From Patescibacteria group bacterium UBA5187 (GTDB lineage: Bacteria > Patescibacteriota > Minisyncoccia > Phycocordibacterales > PALSA-1337): a DNA stretch of 50,210 nt. Shown here piece by piece: positions 17,451 through 27,094 of the stretch; position 1 is the stretch's first letter; each line of letters starts with the position of its first letter. The notes beneath the pieces were generated by a model that was given only the letters and a program-made list of their open reading frames with translations, was not told the DNA's origin and ran no database searches. The stretch is taken from the NCBI GenBank assembly GCA_002413065.1, contig DHWH01000015.1, positions 100,326 to 150,535 on the forward strand, written 5' to 3'. The position numbers were made by a program, and so were the translations under genes.

Positions 17451-17828
17451 ATGGACTCATGTATTTTTTGTAAAATTATCCATAAAGAAATTCCGGCGCA
17501 CATCGTATACGAGGATGAAAAGTTCCTTGCCTTTCTCGATACCCGTCCGTTATCGGCCGGTCACAGTCTAGTGATTCCAAAGACGCACTACCGTTGGGTA
17601 TGGGATGTTCCGAATCTAGGCGAATACTTCGAAGTTGCCGGGAAAATTGCCCGCGCTCAACAAAAAGCCTTCTGTCAGGAAAAAATTCTAAGCAGAATCG
17701 TGGGCGATGAAGTGCCTCATGCTCATATTTTGCTGATCCCTGATCCGGAGACGACACAAGGCGATAAAAAAGATTTTGAAATTAATAAGAAAAAATTGAC
17801 CGAGACATTGCGCGCGCAAAGTCATTGA
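17451..17828 (+). CDS. HIT family nucleotide hydrolase
   Basis: CIFCKII..EIPA..VYED..FLAFLD..P..GHSLVIPK.H and VPHAHIL. Confidence 0.93.
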   Translation: MDSCIFCKIIHKEIPAHIVYEDEKFLAFLDTRPLSAGHSLVIPKTHYRWVWDVPNLGEYFEVAGKIARAQQKAFCQEKILSRIVGDEVPHAHILLIPDPETTQGDKKDFEINKKKLTETLRAQSH

Positions 17829-17845
17829 AACGTTTGGGAATCAAA

Positions 17846-18988
17846 CTATATTTCCGAGGCATTCAACGCCTCAATTCCCGGTAGCGTTCCTTTTGCCAAG
17901 AAATCAAGCATCGCCCCCCCGCCAGTCGAAATAAAAGTAAATGTGTCCTGAAGATTCCCTTCGGCAATTGCGGCCAGCGTGTCTCCTCCGCCAACAATGG
18001 TTTCTATGCCTTGTGCAGTAGCCTCGCTTATAAGTCGGGCCAATCCCAATGTTGCACTCTTATACCCCTCTTCATACAAGCCTAGCGGCCCATTCCATAG
18101 TATGCAACGCGCTTTGCTAATTTCTGCTTTTAACATTTCAAGAGTTTGAGGGCCGGAATCCAATATCTTATCTATTTTCAAAACTCCGTCAGCCGGTTTC
18201 GCTTCATTATGTTGGTTGAGTACATCGACAGGCAAAAGAACTTTTGAACTGGCGACGAATTCAGCCACAGGAAGGTTCCCTTTTGAAACAAGCGAGGTTC
18301 CTATCTCATATCCTTTTGCTTTATAAAAATCATTGGCCAAAGCTCCGCCGACAAAGATAGTGTCCGCAATATTCATGAATTTCTGAAGCAACGGCAATTT
18401 GGTTTCGAATTTTGCGCCTCCAAGGATGAATAGGAACGGATGAGCCGGATTAAAAACCTTCGACAAGGCGGCGACCTCTTTTTCAAACTGAATGCCCGCA
18501 TAGCTTGGTAAAAATTTCGGGATTCCGACGATGGAAGCATGTTCGCGGTGCGAAACAGAAAAGGCATCATTCACATATATATCCGCAAACGAGGCTAATT
18601 CTTGCGCAAAATGGGTGTCGTTAGCTTTTTCACCTTCGAAGAAGCGAAGATTTTCCAAAAGAACGCAATCGCCATTCTTGATCTGCACCTCAAGTATTTC
18701 ATGAGCTTTTTTAAAATCTTTTACGAACACGACGGGCTCTCCCATCTTTATCAATTCATCCGCAACAGGCTTAAGCGTCTGATTGGAACCGTCAATTGAC
18801 TCGAGGTGACTTATGAGAATAACTTTCGCGCCTTTCGAACGCAGATAATCGATCGTAGGCAATGTGGACTTGATCCGAAACCCATCTTCAATGACACCGT
18901 TTCGCATAGGCACATTGAAATCAGCGCGTACAAGCACCTTTACGCCTTCAAGAACTTCGATATCGGTTAGAGTTTTCATAAAGGGCAC
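17846..18988 (-). CDS. pgk: Phosphoglycerate kinase
   Basis: VRADFNVP, LLENLRF, VNDAF, GGAK, WNGPLG, GGGDT, STGGGA. The start may be 18979. Confidence 0.98.
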   Translation of the reverse strand: MPFMKTLTDIEVLEGVKVLVRADFNVPMRNGVIEDGFRIKSTLPTIDYLRSKGAKVILISHLESIDGSNQTLKPVADELIKMGEPVVFVKDFKKAHEILEVQIKNGDCVLLENLRFFEGEKANDTHFAQELASFADIYVNDAFSVSHREHASIVGIPKFLPSYAGIQFEKEVAALSKVFNPAHPFLFILGGAKFETKLPLLQKFMNIADTIFVGGALANDFYKAKGYEIGTSLVSKGNLPVAEFVASSKVLLPVDVLNQHNEAKPADGVLKIDKILDSGPQTLEMLKAEISKARCILWNGPLGLYEEGYKSATLGLARLISEATAQGIETIVGGGDTLAAIAEGNLQDTFTFISTGGGAMLDFLAKGTLPGIEALNASEI

Positions 18989-19002
18989 TATGCGTATTTA
19001 AA

Positions 19003-19785
19003 TTAATTCACTCCGTCCGCCTTCGCCGTATCTACCACCTTCAATAATTCAACAAATCCAGTGACGTTCACGCTTTCACGCCCGACCAGCAACCCATCGA
19101 CTTGTCCGATGGCAATGATATCAGCCGCATTGCGGAATGTGACAGAACCTCCGTATACCACAGGAACTTTCATGGCAGAAGCCTGACCGAACACATCTCC
19201 GAACACTTTTTTTACGAACAGGGACATCTCATATATCTGTTCCGGACTCATGGCTTCCTTGGCTCCTATGGCCCACACCGGTTCGTATGCTAGGACGATT
19301 TCTCGGGCGTATTTTTCTGAGATATTGGCAAACGTATTCCTGATCTGATCCTTCAAAAATTCAAAGTGAGCGCCACCTTCATTGTCACGCGACTTTTCAC
19401 CCACGCACACCACAGGAGTAAGACCGGCTTCGAGAACAGCGCGTATTCTTCGCGAAATCATTTCGTCCGTATCGCCGGCAGCCCTTTCTTCCGAATGTCC
19501 GACGATAACATGCGTCATTCCGATATTTTTGAGCATTGCGGCACTGATCTGGCCTGTGTGGGATCCGCTTTCTTCAAACGAAGCCGTTTGCGCCCCCAAA
19601 TTGAAATTGGGAGTATTTTTCTTTGAAATAAGTGCCGCCGCAAAAATAGATGGCGGACATATGACCACGTCGGTCTGAACAAGTTGGGCCGCGGCTGTAC
19701 GAGTTTTTCTCGCTATTCGCCTTGCATCTTCCAGCGTAGCCGGATTCATTTTCCAATTTCCTACAATGAGTTTTCTTTGGATCAT
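19003..19785 (-). CDS. tpiA: Triosephosphate isomerase
   Basis: GNWKMN, GHSE, AYEPVWAIG, YGGSV. Confidence 0.98.
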   Translation of the reverse strand: MIQRKLIVGNWKMNPATLEDARRIARKTRTAAAQLVQTDVVICPPSIFAAALISKKNTPNFNLGAQTASFEESGSHTGQISAAMLKNIGMTHVIVGHSEERAAGDTDEMISRRIRAVLEAGLTPVVCVGEKSRDNEGGAHFEFLKDQIRNTFANISEKYAREIVLAYEPVWAIGAKEAMSPEQIYEMSLFVKKVFGDVFGQASAMKVPVVYGGSVTFRNAADIIAIGQVDGLLVGRESVNVTGFVELLKVVDTAKADGVN

Positions 19786-19861
19786 ACGTAGTATTGTAGC
19801 GCAAAAGGTTATCAGAGAGAACCTGTTGTGAGTAATACTCTATTACTGCTAAAATACACGT

Positions 19862-20335
19862 ATGAAAATATCTCTCCAAACCTCTCGCGCTTTCACTCTT
19901 ATCGAAATCATCACTGTCCTCTCGATTTTTGTCATTCTCTTTACGATAGGAACATACGCATTCATAAATACTGGGAATCGTCAGCGACTTAACACGGCTG
20001 TAGACTCTATAACTTTCAAACTTGAAGAAATGAAAGCGAATGCGATAAGCGGAAAAGGCAATACCAATTTTGGCGTTAAATTCAATGCGAATTCATATGT
20101 ATCATTCAGTGGTGCTTCATTCAGCACTTCCGGTCCAAACAATGTAACCTACCCCGTTAGTGGTAATTTCACTCTTTCCAACACCATTCCGGGACCAGAT
20201 GACGCAATCATATTCGCACGAATAACCGGCACACCGAACACAACAGGGGACATTACGCTAACGGACAGCAAAGACCCTACACATCCCGCAACCATTACCA
20301 TAGGCAGTCTTGGCGACATCAGTGTGGTAAAATAA
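19862..20335 (+). CDS. Type IV minor pilin (FimT/GspH-like)
   Basis: Class III signal RA|FTLIE. Confidence 0.85.
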   Translation: MKISLQTSRAFTLIEIITVLSIFVILFTIGTYAFINTGNRQRLNTAVDSITFKLEEMKANAISGKGNTNFGVKFNANSYVSFSGASFSTSGPNNVTYPVSGNFTLSNTIPGPDDAIIFARITGTPNTTGDITLTDSKDPTHPATITIGSLGDISVVK

Positions 20336-20341
20336 TCACAT

Positions 20342-20827
20342 ATGAGAGCATCTTCGCAATCGCAAGGTTTCAGCGTAATTGAAATCGTAATAGCTTCAGC
20401 TATCATCGTCACAGTCGTCTCGGCTGCGGCAGCCGCATGGCAGGCCTATCTCAAAATTTCCAACACTGCCGCACGCAACACGGAGGCCTCGTTATTCTCC
20501 GTAGAAGCTGCGGAAGCATTGCATATTATGCGGGATCAGAGTTGGTCATCAAAAATAGTACCGCTTGCCCTGAATACTGCGTATCAACTCTATTGGAACG
20601 GCGCGCAATATCAGGCGACGACTTCACAAATCCTGTTGCAAAGCCAGTTTGTCAGAACGATGACACTTTCCTCTATCATGCGCGATGGAAACAGCAATAT
20701 CGTTTCATCCGGAGGTACAGTGGATTCAAATGCCCGAAAGATAAACATTTCCGTATTCCTGGTCGGAGCGACATCGAGCCCAATCATGCAAACTGAGATG
20801 TTACTTCACAATATATATGCCAATTAA
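20342..20827 (+). CDS. Type IV minor pilin (PilV-like)
   Basis: QG|FSVIE. Confidence 0.85.
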   Translation: MRASSQSQGFSVIEIVIASAIIVTVVSAAAAAWQAYLKISNTAARNTEASLFSVEAAEALHIMRDQSWSSKIVPLALNTAYQLYWNGAQYQATTSQILLQSQFVRTMTLSSIMRDGNSNIVSSGGTVDSNARKINISVFLVGATSSPIMQTEMLLHNIYAN

Positions 20828-21332
20828 TAAAAGACAACGAGGGTTCACTCTGGTCGAGACGCTGGTATACGCGGCAGGACTTGTCATTTTGCTGGGAGCA
20901 ATGACAGGATTTCTTTATTATATGTATGACTGGTATCGCACTGTCACTATCGCCCCCCGCAACGATCGTGTAGGCGTAGTTTTGGTCGACCGCATTGCCC
21001 GTGATATCCGGGCCAGTGCGTCCATCAATGTCGCTTCGAGCGTTTTCAGCACGACATCAGGTGCGATTTCAGTGACATCCACCGCAACTCCAGTCGCCAC
21101 CACGACAACCATCACCCTCAGCAATGGACGCATTACATATAAAATAAATAGCGGCTCGGTTCAGTATCTTTCACCGCCTGATGTAACAGTTTCCTCCTTG
21201 TACATGACCCAAATCACTACGGCAATATCCACGGCCGTTAAGATAGATGTAGAACTTTCATATTCGACCCGGGCAGGAATTCAAAAGCGAACATACACGG
21301 GTCTTGCCATTTTGCGACAGTCATATCATTAA
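20817..21332 (+). CDS. Type IV minor pilin (PilW-like)
   Basis: RG|FTLVE...IARDIR. Confidence 0.85.
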   Translation: MPINKRQRGFTLVETLVYAAGLVILLGAMTGFLYYMYDWYRTVTIAPRNDRVGVVLVDRIARDIRASASINVASSVFSTTSGAISVTSTATPVATTTTITLSNGRITYKINSGSVQYLSPPDVTVSSLYMTQITTAISTAVKIDVELSYSTRAGIQKRTYTGLAILRQSYH

Positions 21333-21333
21333 C

Positions 21334-22626
21334 ATGATTAGAAAAGTAACTACACAGCGCGGCTATATCATCATCCTTCACACCGTACTTTTTTTGGCTA
21401 TAACAATCGCAGTAGTGATTGGCGTATTGAATCCGATCTTATCAAGTTACAAAGCGGTTCAGGCATTCATGCGCTCCGGACAGGCATTCGTGGCTGCCGA
21501 TAGCGGTATGGAAGAAGCCGTGTATAGAGTTAAAAACGGGTTGCCTATTCCAGCCTCATTCACATTGAATCTGTCGACTGCCAGTACGACGATCACCATA
21601 GTGGATACTGCTACCGGAAAAAAGATTGTCGATGAAGCTTCAACGACTGAGTTCGCAAGGCAGATAGAAGTCAATCTCGTCAAAGGGACGGGAGCGTCAT
21701 TTCATTACGGCATACATGCCGGCAGAGGCGGTTTTTCCATGAAAAATAGTTCCAGCATAACCGGCAACGTATTTTCAGGCGGACCGGTAACAGGAGCTGG
21801 AAACATAATTCGTGGCGACGCCGTTTCTACCGATGCTGCCGGACTCATTTACGGTGTTCATACAACAGGTTCGGCATATGCTCACACTATTGGAAGTAAT
21901 TCCGCCGGCACACTCATCGATGCCAATGCCTACTACACCAACGAAAATGGCACGGTTACTGTGAGCGGAATAAGTTACCCTGGAAGTTCTGACCAAGCGT
22001 ACGTGCCTCCGCCTATTTCAGATGCCCAAATCCATTCATGGGAAAGCATTGCGGCAAACAAAGTAACTGCAACATGCGAAAATGGCAAATACGTCATAGA
22101 CGAAGATAAGGCTATAGGCCCAATGAAGATACCTTGCGACCTTGAAATCACAGGTTCGAGTATTGCCACAATCACGGGACATATTTGGGTTACGGGAAAT
22201 ATTGATATGAAAAACAGCTCTGTCATCGCAATGTCTCCGGATTTAGGGAGCTCGAACGTCGCCATCATTGCGGACAATCCGAATGCCTCGACTACAAGCG
22301 GAATCATAACCATCGGTCAAAGCAGCTCCTTCCAATCATCCGGATCCGTAGGTTCATATGTCTTTATGATTTCCCAAAATGGCAGCACTGAGAATGGCGG
22401 ATCGACCAATGCCATCAATGTCGGACAAAGCGCCTCCGCACTTATCGCTTACGCAATTCACGGACAAATGAGTTTGGGGCAAAGCGTATCCCTCAAAGAG
22501 GTTACCGCTTACAAAATTGCCCTGACCAACTCTGCAAATATAACGTATGACAGCGGTTTGAGCAGCGTTCTCTTCTCTTCCGGACCAAGCGGCGGATATA
22601 ATCTAGCTACGTGGATAGAGTTTTAA
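21334..22626 (+). CDS. PilX-like tip pilin with beta-helical adhesin-like C-terminus
   Basis: QRG|YIII (no Glu5), QAFVAADSGMEEA, Ser/Gly-rich repeats, terminal WxE. Start set at 21334. Confidence 0.8.
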   Translation: MIRKVTTQRGYIIILHTVLFLAITIAVVIGVLNPILSSYKAVQAFMRSGQAFVAADSGMEEAVYRVKNGLPIPASFTLNLSTASTTITIVDTATGKKIVDEASTTEFARQIEVNLVKGTGASFHYGIHAGRGGFSMKNSSSITGNVFSGGPVTGAGNIIRGDAVSTDAAGLIYGVHTTGSAYAHTIGSNSAGTLIDANAYYTNENGTVTVSGISYPGSSDQAYVPPPISDAQIHSWESIAANKVTATCENGKYVIDEDKAIGPMKIPCDLEITGSSIATITGHIWVTGNIDMKNSSVIAMSPDLGSSNVAIIADNPNASTTSGIITIGQSSSFQSSGSVGSYVFMISQNGSTENGGSTNAINVGQSASALIAYAIHGQMSLGQSVSLKEVTAYKIALTNSANITYDSGLSSVLFSSGPSGGYNLATWIEF

Positions 22627-23843
22627 ATAGCATTCACCAACGCATACATAGGCTGAATCATTGAGATTGCGAAGAATCCAACTGCCGCACCGATCACGAT
22701 CATGAGGAACGGCTCGATGATAGTAGACATATCTTTTGTCCGCTGATCGATATCTTCTTCATAATATCGCGCCACCCCGAGAAGCATTTCTCCGGTTTTT
22801 CCTGTTTCCTCACCGACTGAAAGCATTTCTGAAAAGAAAACCGGATACAGCTTGCCATATTCATTGAACACCTTTGACATCGGATCACCTTTTTTGATCG
22901 CGACCGCCGCTTTATCGAGCACTGAACGGAAATGCACATTTTGCACGACATTTTTTGTGATCATGACCGCTTCAACCACATCGACGCCGGCGCCAAGCAA
23001 AGACGAGAGCGTTCTGGAAGTACGGGCGGTATTTACTTCCTGAACAAGAGAGCCGATAACGGGCAAATGCAGGATGAGCATATGAAATAGCTTCTTCCCT
23101 GCTAAGCGGCGTGACCACCACCAGAATGCACCCGCAACAATGATGACACCGAGAGCAACAAATAATCCGTCATGTTGAATAAGGTTGCTTAGATTGAGAA
23201 TGATTTGTGTCGTAAAAGGCAATTGCACTTTGAGTTCCGTGAACGTCTTCAAAAGTGTAGGGATAACGAAGATGAACATTAAAATCGCGATGATGATCAT
23301 GGCCGTGACAATGACAGCCGGATACATGAGAGCCCCTCGGATGCGGCGTTCCAGATTATGGGTGCTGTCCAATTGAACAGCTATGACTTTGAGTGATTCC
23401 GCCAGTGTTCCCGACTGTTCGCCGGCATGAACCATGGAAACAAATATTGATGGAAATACTTTAGGGTGTTTTGTCAAGGCATCCGCGAAGGTTGCGCCGC
23501 GGTTCACGTCATTTTCAAGTTCTATGATAATGGCTTTGAGCGATGCATCGTGTGTCTGGCGTTCGAGGACCGACAAGGCGCGTGAAAGTGCCAAACCGGC
23601 TTCAAGCATCGAACCCAGGTTACGCGCAAAATTGATTCTTTCAATAGGTTTGACGTGCTTGGAAAGCGCAGTGAACGATATGTTCAGGTGCAAACCGCGG
23701 GACGTTTTCTTTTCCTGCAGCGAAACGAGCTCATCACCGCTTTCACGGATCATGCGATAGAGTTCGTAGCGATCTTCCGCATCATGATCCGCGGAATATA
23801 TTTCTCCGGAGGATTTTTTAGCTTTATATGTAAAATGGGACAT
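22623..23843 (-). CDS. pilC: Type IV pilus inner-membrane platform protein
   Basis: GEQSGTL, IRGALMYP, GEETG, IIEP, SMIQPMY. Confidence 0.93.
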   Translation of the reverse strand: MSHFTYKAKKSSGEIYSADHDAEDRYELYRMIRESGDELVSLQEKKTSRGLHLNISFTALSKHVKPIERINFARNLGSMLEAGLALSRALSVLERQTHDASLKAIIIELENDVNRGATFADALTKHPKVFPSIFVSMVHAGEQSGTLAESLKVIAVQLDSTHNLERRIRGALMYPAVIVTAMIIIAILMFIFVIPTLLKTFTELKVQLPFTTQIILNLSNLIQHDGLFVALGVIIVAGAFWWWSRRLAGKKLFHMLILHLPVIGSLVQEVNTARTSRTLSSLLGAGVDVVEAVMITKNVVQNVHFRSVLDKAAVAIKKGDPMSKVFNEYGKLYPVFFSEMLSVGEETGKTGEMLLGVARYYEEDIDQRTKDMSTIIEPFLMIVIGAAVGFFAISMIQPMYALVNAI

Positions 23844-23902
23844 TTATATAAGTATAAAGTATAACGGTATAAATGTATAAGGCATGAATAACGATATTTT
23901 GC

Positions 23903-25654
23903 CTATTCCGAAACTACCCTCAGCACCTCTTCAACTGTCGTAAGACCCTGAACGCATTTGAATATGCCGTCTTCAAGCATAGTGAGCATTCCCTCTTTCT
24001 TTGCCTGCACCTCCAATTCACCGGATGTCGCATTTTTCATTATAAGATCTTTGATCGTCTGTGACATAACGAGAACTTCATGCAAACCTACGCGTCCTTT
24101 GAAACCATCATTCTCGGTGGTTGCATGCGGCTTCCAGAATGAAACTGCACTCCAGTCATCTCCTGGCTTAACAAGTTTTTCTTCTTTAAGCGCCTCGAGC
24201 ACGCGCTTAAGATCAACTATTTTTTCAAGCTGTGAAAATTCAGCACGAGATAACTTGTATTGCTCTTTATCGTCCGTTAGACGGCGTACGAGGCGCTGTC
24301 CGATAACAATATCCAGTGTTGATACCAATAAAAATGCTTCGACTTTCATATCAAGCAAACGTGGAATAGCTCCTGCGGCGGAATTTGTGTGCAACGTCGA
24401 GAGTACGAGGTGTCCTGTCAAAGAGGCATTCACTGCCAAAGCTGCGGTTTCTCCGTCACGGATTTCTCCCACCATGATGATATCCGGGTCCTGACGAACT
24501 AGGGTGCGTATTCCTTGTGCAAAAGTAAAACCAATTTCCGGCCTCACCTGTGTCTGATTGATGCGGGCCATCTGATATTCGATAGGATCTTCGATTGTAG
24601 AAATATTCACATCAGGTTTGTTCAAAAGATCCAACATTGTATAGAGAGTGGTCGTTTTTCCTGATCCTGTCGGTCCTGTGGTCAATATCATTCCTGTCGA
24701 TTGCTTCAAGGCTTTATGAATACGTTCCAAGCTTGCACCATGGAATGTGAGATACTCGAGAGTAAATCCGGAAACATCTTCTCGCAAAAGACGCATGACG
24801 ATCTTTTCACCATAATACGTTGGCAAAATAGACACACGGAATGAAACTTTTTCATTGTTCAAATCTATTTTGAAACGACCGTCCTGTGGGAGACGTTTTT
24901 CATCCAATTTGAGGTTCGATAATACTTTGATGCGGGCAGATACGGATGGTCCGGCCTGTTTTGGCAAAACCATGGCATCATGCAAAAGACCGTCAATACG
25001 GTAACGTACCAACACTTGTTCTTCCATCGGTTCTATATGTATATCGGAAGCATTTTGCAGAACAGCATGTTTTATAAGCGTATCTACGATGCGAACAACT
25101 GGCAGATCTTCTGCAATTTTCTTCAAATCAGCTTCAGAAGAAGGTCCACCTCCATTTTCTTCCGAAATCATCTTCATCGTCTCTGTTTCTTTCTGAATGA
25201 TGTCGCCAAATTCGGCTTTGAGACTTTTTTGATACTGCACGAGCACGTTTTTCACCGAGTCGGCATCGGTCAAACGAGGCATGATCTTGAGGTTTACTTT
25301 CTTTTTGATGAAATCGATAGCAGAAAGGTCATTCACATCGAGCATGGCAACTTCCAATGTCGTATCGGTCTTCTTGAAAGCGACAATATTGTGGCCACGA
25401 GCAATAGGTTCAGGGATAAGTGAAAGGGTTTCAAAAGGAACCTTTTTGCCTTTGAGGTCCACGAACGGGATACCGATCACATATGCCTGCATGCGGCGTA
25501 GATTGTCACTAGTGGTCTTGCCAGTAGTGACAAGAACATCTCCCAAGCGTTTATTGCTCTTTTCACTTTCAATTTTTGCACCCTCAAGGTCCTCCTTGGA
25601 GACGAGTCCGGAGTCGAGAATGAATTTGTATAACTGAGCGTCTTCGACGAACAT
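23903..25654 (-). CDS. pilB: Type IV pilus extension ATPase (GspE/PilB)
   Basis: ASDIHIEP, RLPQDGR, GPTGSGKTT, EDPIEY, RQDPD, LTGHLVLSTLH. Confidence 0.93.
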   Translation of the reverse strand: MFVEDAQLYKFILDSGLVSKEDLEGAKIESEKSNKRLGDVLVTTGKTTSDNLRRMQAYVIGIPFVDLKGKKVPFETLSLIPEPIARGHNIVAFKKTDTTLEVAMLDVNDLSAIDFIKKKVNLKIMPRLTDADSVKNVLVQYQKSLKAEFGDIIQKETETMKMISEENGGGPSSEADLKKIAEDLPVVRIVDTLIKHAVLQNASDIHIEPMEEQVLVRYRIDGLLHDAMVLPKQAGPSVSARIKVLSNLKLDEKRLPQDGRFKIDLNNEKVSFRVSILPTYYGEKIVMRLLREDVSGFTLEYLTFHGASLERIHKALKQSTGMILTTGPTGSGKTTTLYTMLDLLNKPDVNISTIEDPIEYQMARINQTQVRPEIGFTFAQGIRTLVRQDPDIIMVGEIRDGETAALAVNASLTGHLVLSTLHTNSAAGAIPRLLDMKVEAFLLVSTLDIVIGQRLVRRLTDDKEQYKLSRAEFSQLEKIVDLKRVLEALKEEKLVKPGDDWSAVSFWKPHATTENDGFKGRVGLHEVLVMSQTIKDLIMKNATSGELEVQAKKEGMLTMLEDGIFKCVQGLTTVEEVLRVVSE

Positions 25655-25717
25655 AATTGGTTATATTGTAGCAGATAGACATAGCAATTAGAATCGAGTC
25701 CAGGGCAAATAGGCTAC

Positions 25718-25788
25718 TTGTACTTACCTTAAATATGATGTATACTATTCCCATCTGTAAGTTCGCCCGACCGGCGGACTTATTTGTT
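25718..25788 (+). promoter_or_regulatory. nusA promoter with promoter-proximal attenuator-like hairpin
   Basis: TTGTAC-17 nt-TATACT (25741-25746), then GTTCGCC-CGACC-GGCGGAC followed by TTATTTGTT. Confidence 0.55.
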
Positions 25789-25868
25789 AAAAGAATCGTA
25801 TATAGGTTAGGAGAGCCTGGTATAGATAGCAGTAGACAATTTAATAACAGCAAATAACAATTACATAT

Positions 25869-27062
25869 ATGTTTGATCTCAAAGTAATAAACTCAGTCGT
25901 TCAGCAGCTCGAGGAGGAGCGCGGAATTCCACGTGAAAAAACACTGGAAGCTATCGCTATGTCCTTGGCAACTGCGTATAAAAAGGAGTATGGCAAAAAA
26001 GGCCAGATCGTCCGCGCATCATTCGACCAGAACACCGGTTCTGTTGAATTTTGGCAGGTAAAAATCGTAGTTGACCGCAATCAAGTCATCATGGAAGGCG
26101 ATCCAGAACAGGAAGAAGATCTCAAAGACACGAATGTCGACGATATCAAGATCCGTTTCAATCCTGAACAGCACATGCTCATCGAAGATGCCCGCAAGAT
26201 AAAGCGTGACGCCATTATCGGCGATGAATTGGTATTCCCTCTCGAATCCAAGGCTGACTTCGGCCGTATTGCTGCACAAACAGCAAAACAAATCATTATC
26301 CAGAAGATTCGTGAAGCCGAGAAGGTATCCGTCATGAGCGAATACGGTCAAAAAGAAGGCGAAATCGTCGCCGGCATCGTCGAACGTGTCGAACGTGGCA
26401 CTGTATATATAGACATGGGACGTGCAGTCGGTGTCATCCCTTACGAAGAACAGATCCCTAGCGAACGCTGGAAAACCGGTGATCGCATTCGCGCATATCT
26501 CTATGCCGTCGAGGAGTCTCCAAAAGGAATCGTCCTCAAGCTTTCCCGTTCACATCCAAAATTCTTGGCAAAATTGTTCGAGACAGAAGCTCCTGAGATC
26601 GCATCCGGCACCGTCGAGATAAAAGCTATCGCACGCGAAGCCGGTTCACGTTCGAAAGTTGCAGTTATTTCTCACGACGCTCACATTGACCCCATAGGTT
26701 CGATGGTTGGACAGCGCGGCGTTCGTGTTTCTACTGTTACCAGCGAACTTTCCGGCGAGAAGATCGACATCGTCGAATGGAATGAAGATCCTGCCCTCTT
26801 TATTGAAGAGGCTCTTTCACCCGCTGAAGTAGTTTCTCTAGAGTTGGATGGCAAAGAACATCGCGCCATCGTCACCGTTACCGAAGACGAGCAATCACTC
26901 GCTATCGGTAAAGGAGGACAAAATGTACGTCTCGCAGCAAAACTTACCGGTTGGAAAATTGATATCAAATCAGCTGGCAGTGATAAAGATGAAGCCGAGG
27001 ATGAAGAAGAGGGCGAAAAAGGTGAAGGGACAAAAGAAGTTGTGACCGAAGAAAAGAAATAA
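25869..27062 (+). CDS. nusA: Transcription termination factor NusA
   Basis: FGRIAAQTAKQ, AREAGSRSK, EKIDIV, SLAIGKGGQNVRLAAKLTGWKIDI. Confidence 0.99.
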   Translation: MFDLKVINSVVQQLEEERGIPREKTLEAIAMSLATAYKKEYGKKGQIVRASFDQNTGSVEFWQVKIVVDRNQVIMEGDPEQEEDLKDTNVDDIKIRFNPEQHMLIEDARKIKRDAIIGDELVFPLESKADFGRIAAQTAKQIIIQKIREAEKVSVMSEYGQKEGEIVAGIVERVERGTVYIDMGRAVGVIPYEEQIPSERWKTGDRIRAYLYAVEESPKGIVLKLSRSHPKFLAKLFETEAPEIASGTVEIKAIAREAGSRSKVAVISHDAHIDPIGSMVGQRGVRVSTVTSELSGEKIDIVEWNEDPALFIEEALSPAEVVSLELDGKEHRAIVTVTEDEQSLAIGKGGQNVRLAAKLTGWKIDIKSAGSDKDEAEDEEEGEKGEGTKEVVTEEKK

Positions 27063-27094
27063 ATATCATTTACAAATAATAAAATCCACATAAC

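Noticed and set aside
19794..19855. Possible third copy of the comEC operator at the pilin promoter (AAAAGGTTATCAG)
   Set aside because: Only a TTATCAG core matches, with no 22-bp periodicity and the wrong distance to the -10 box.
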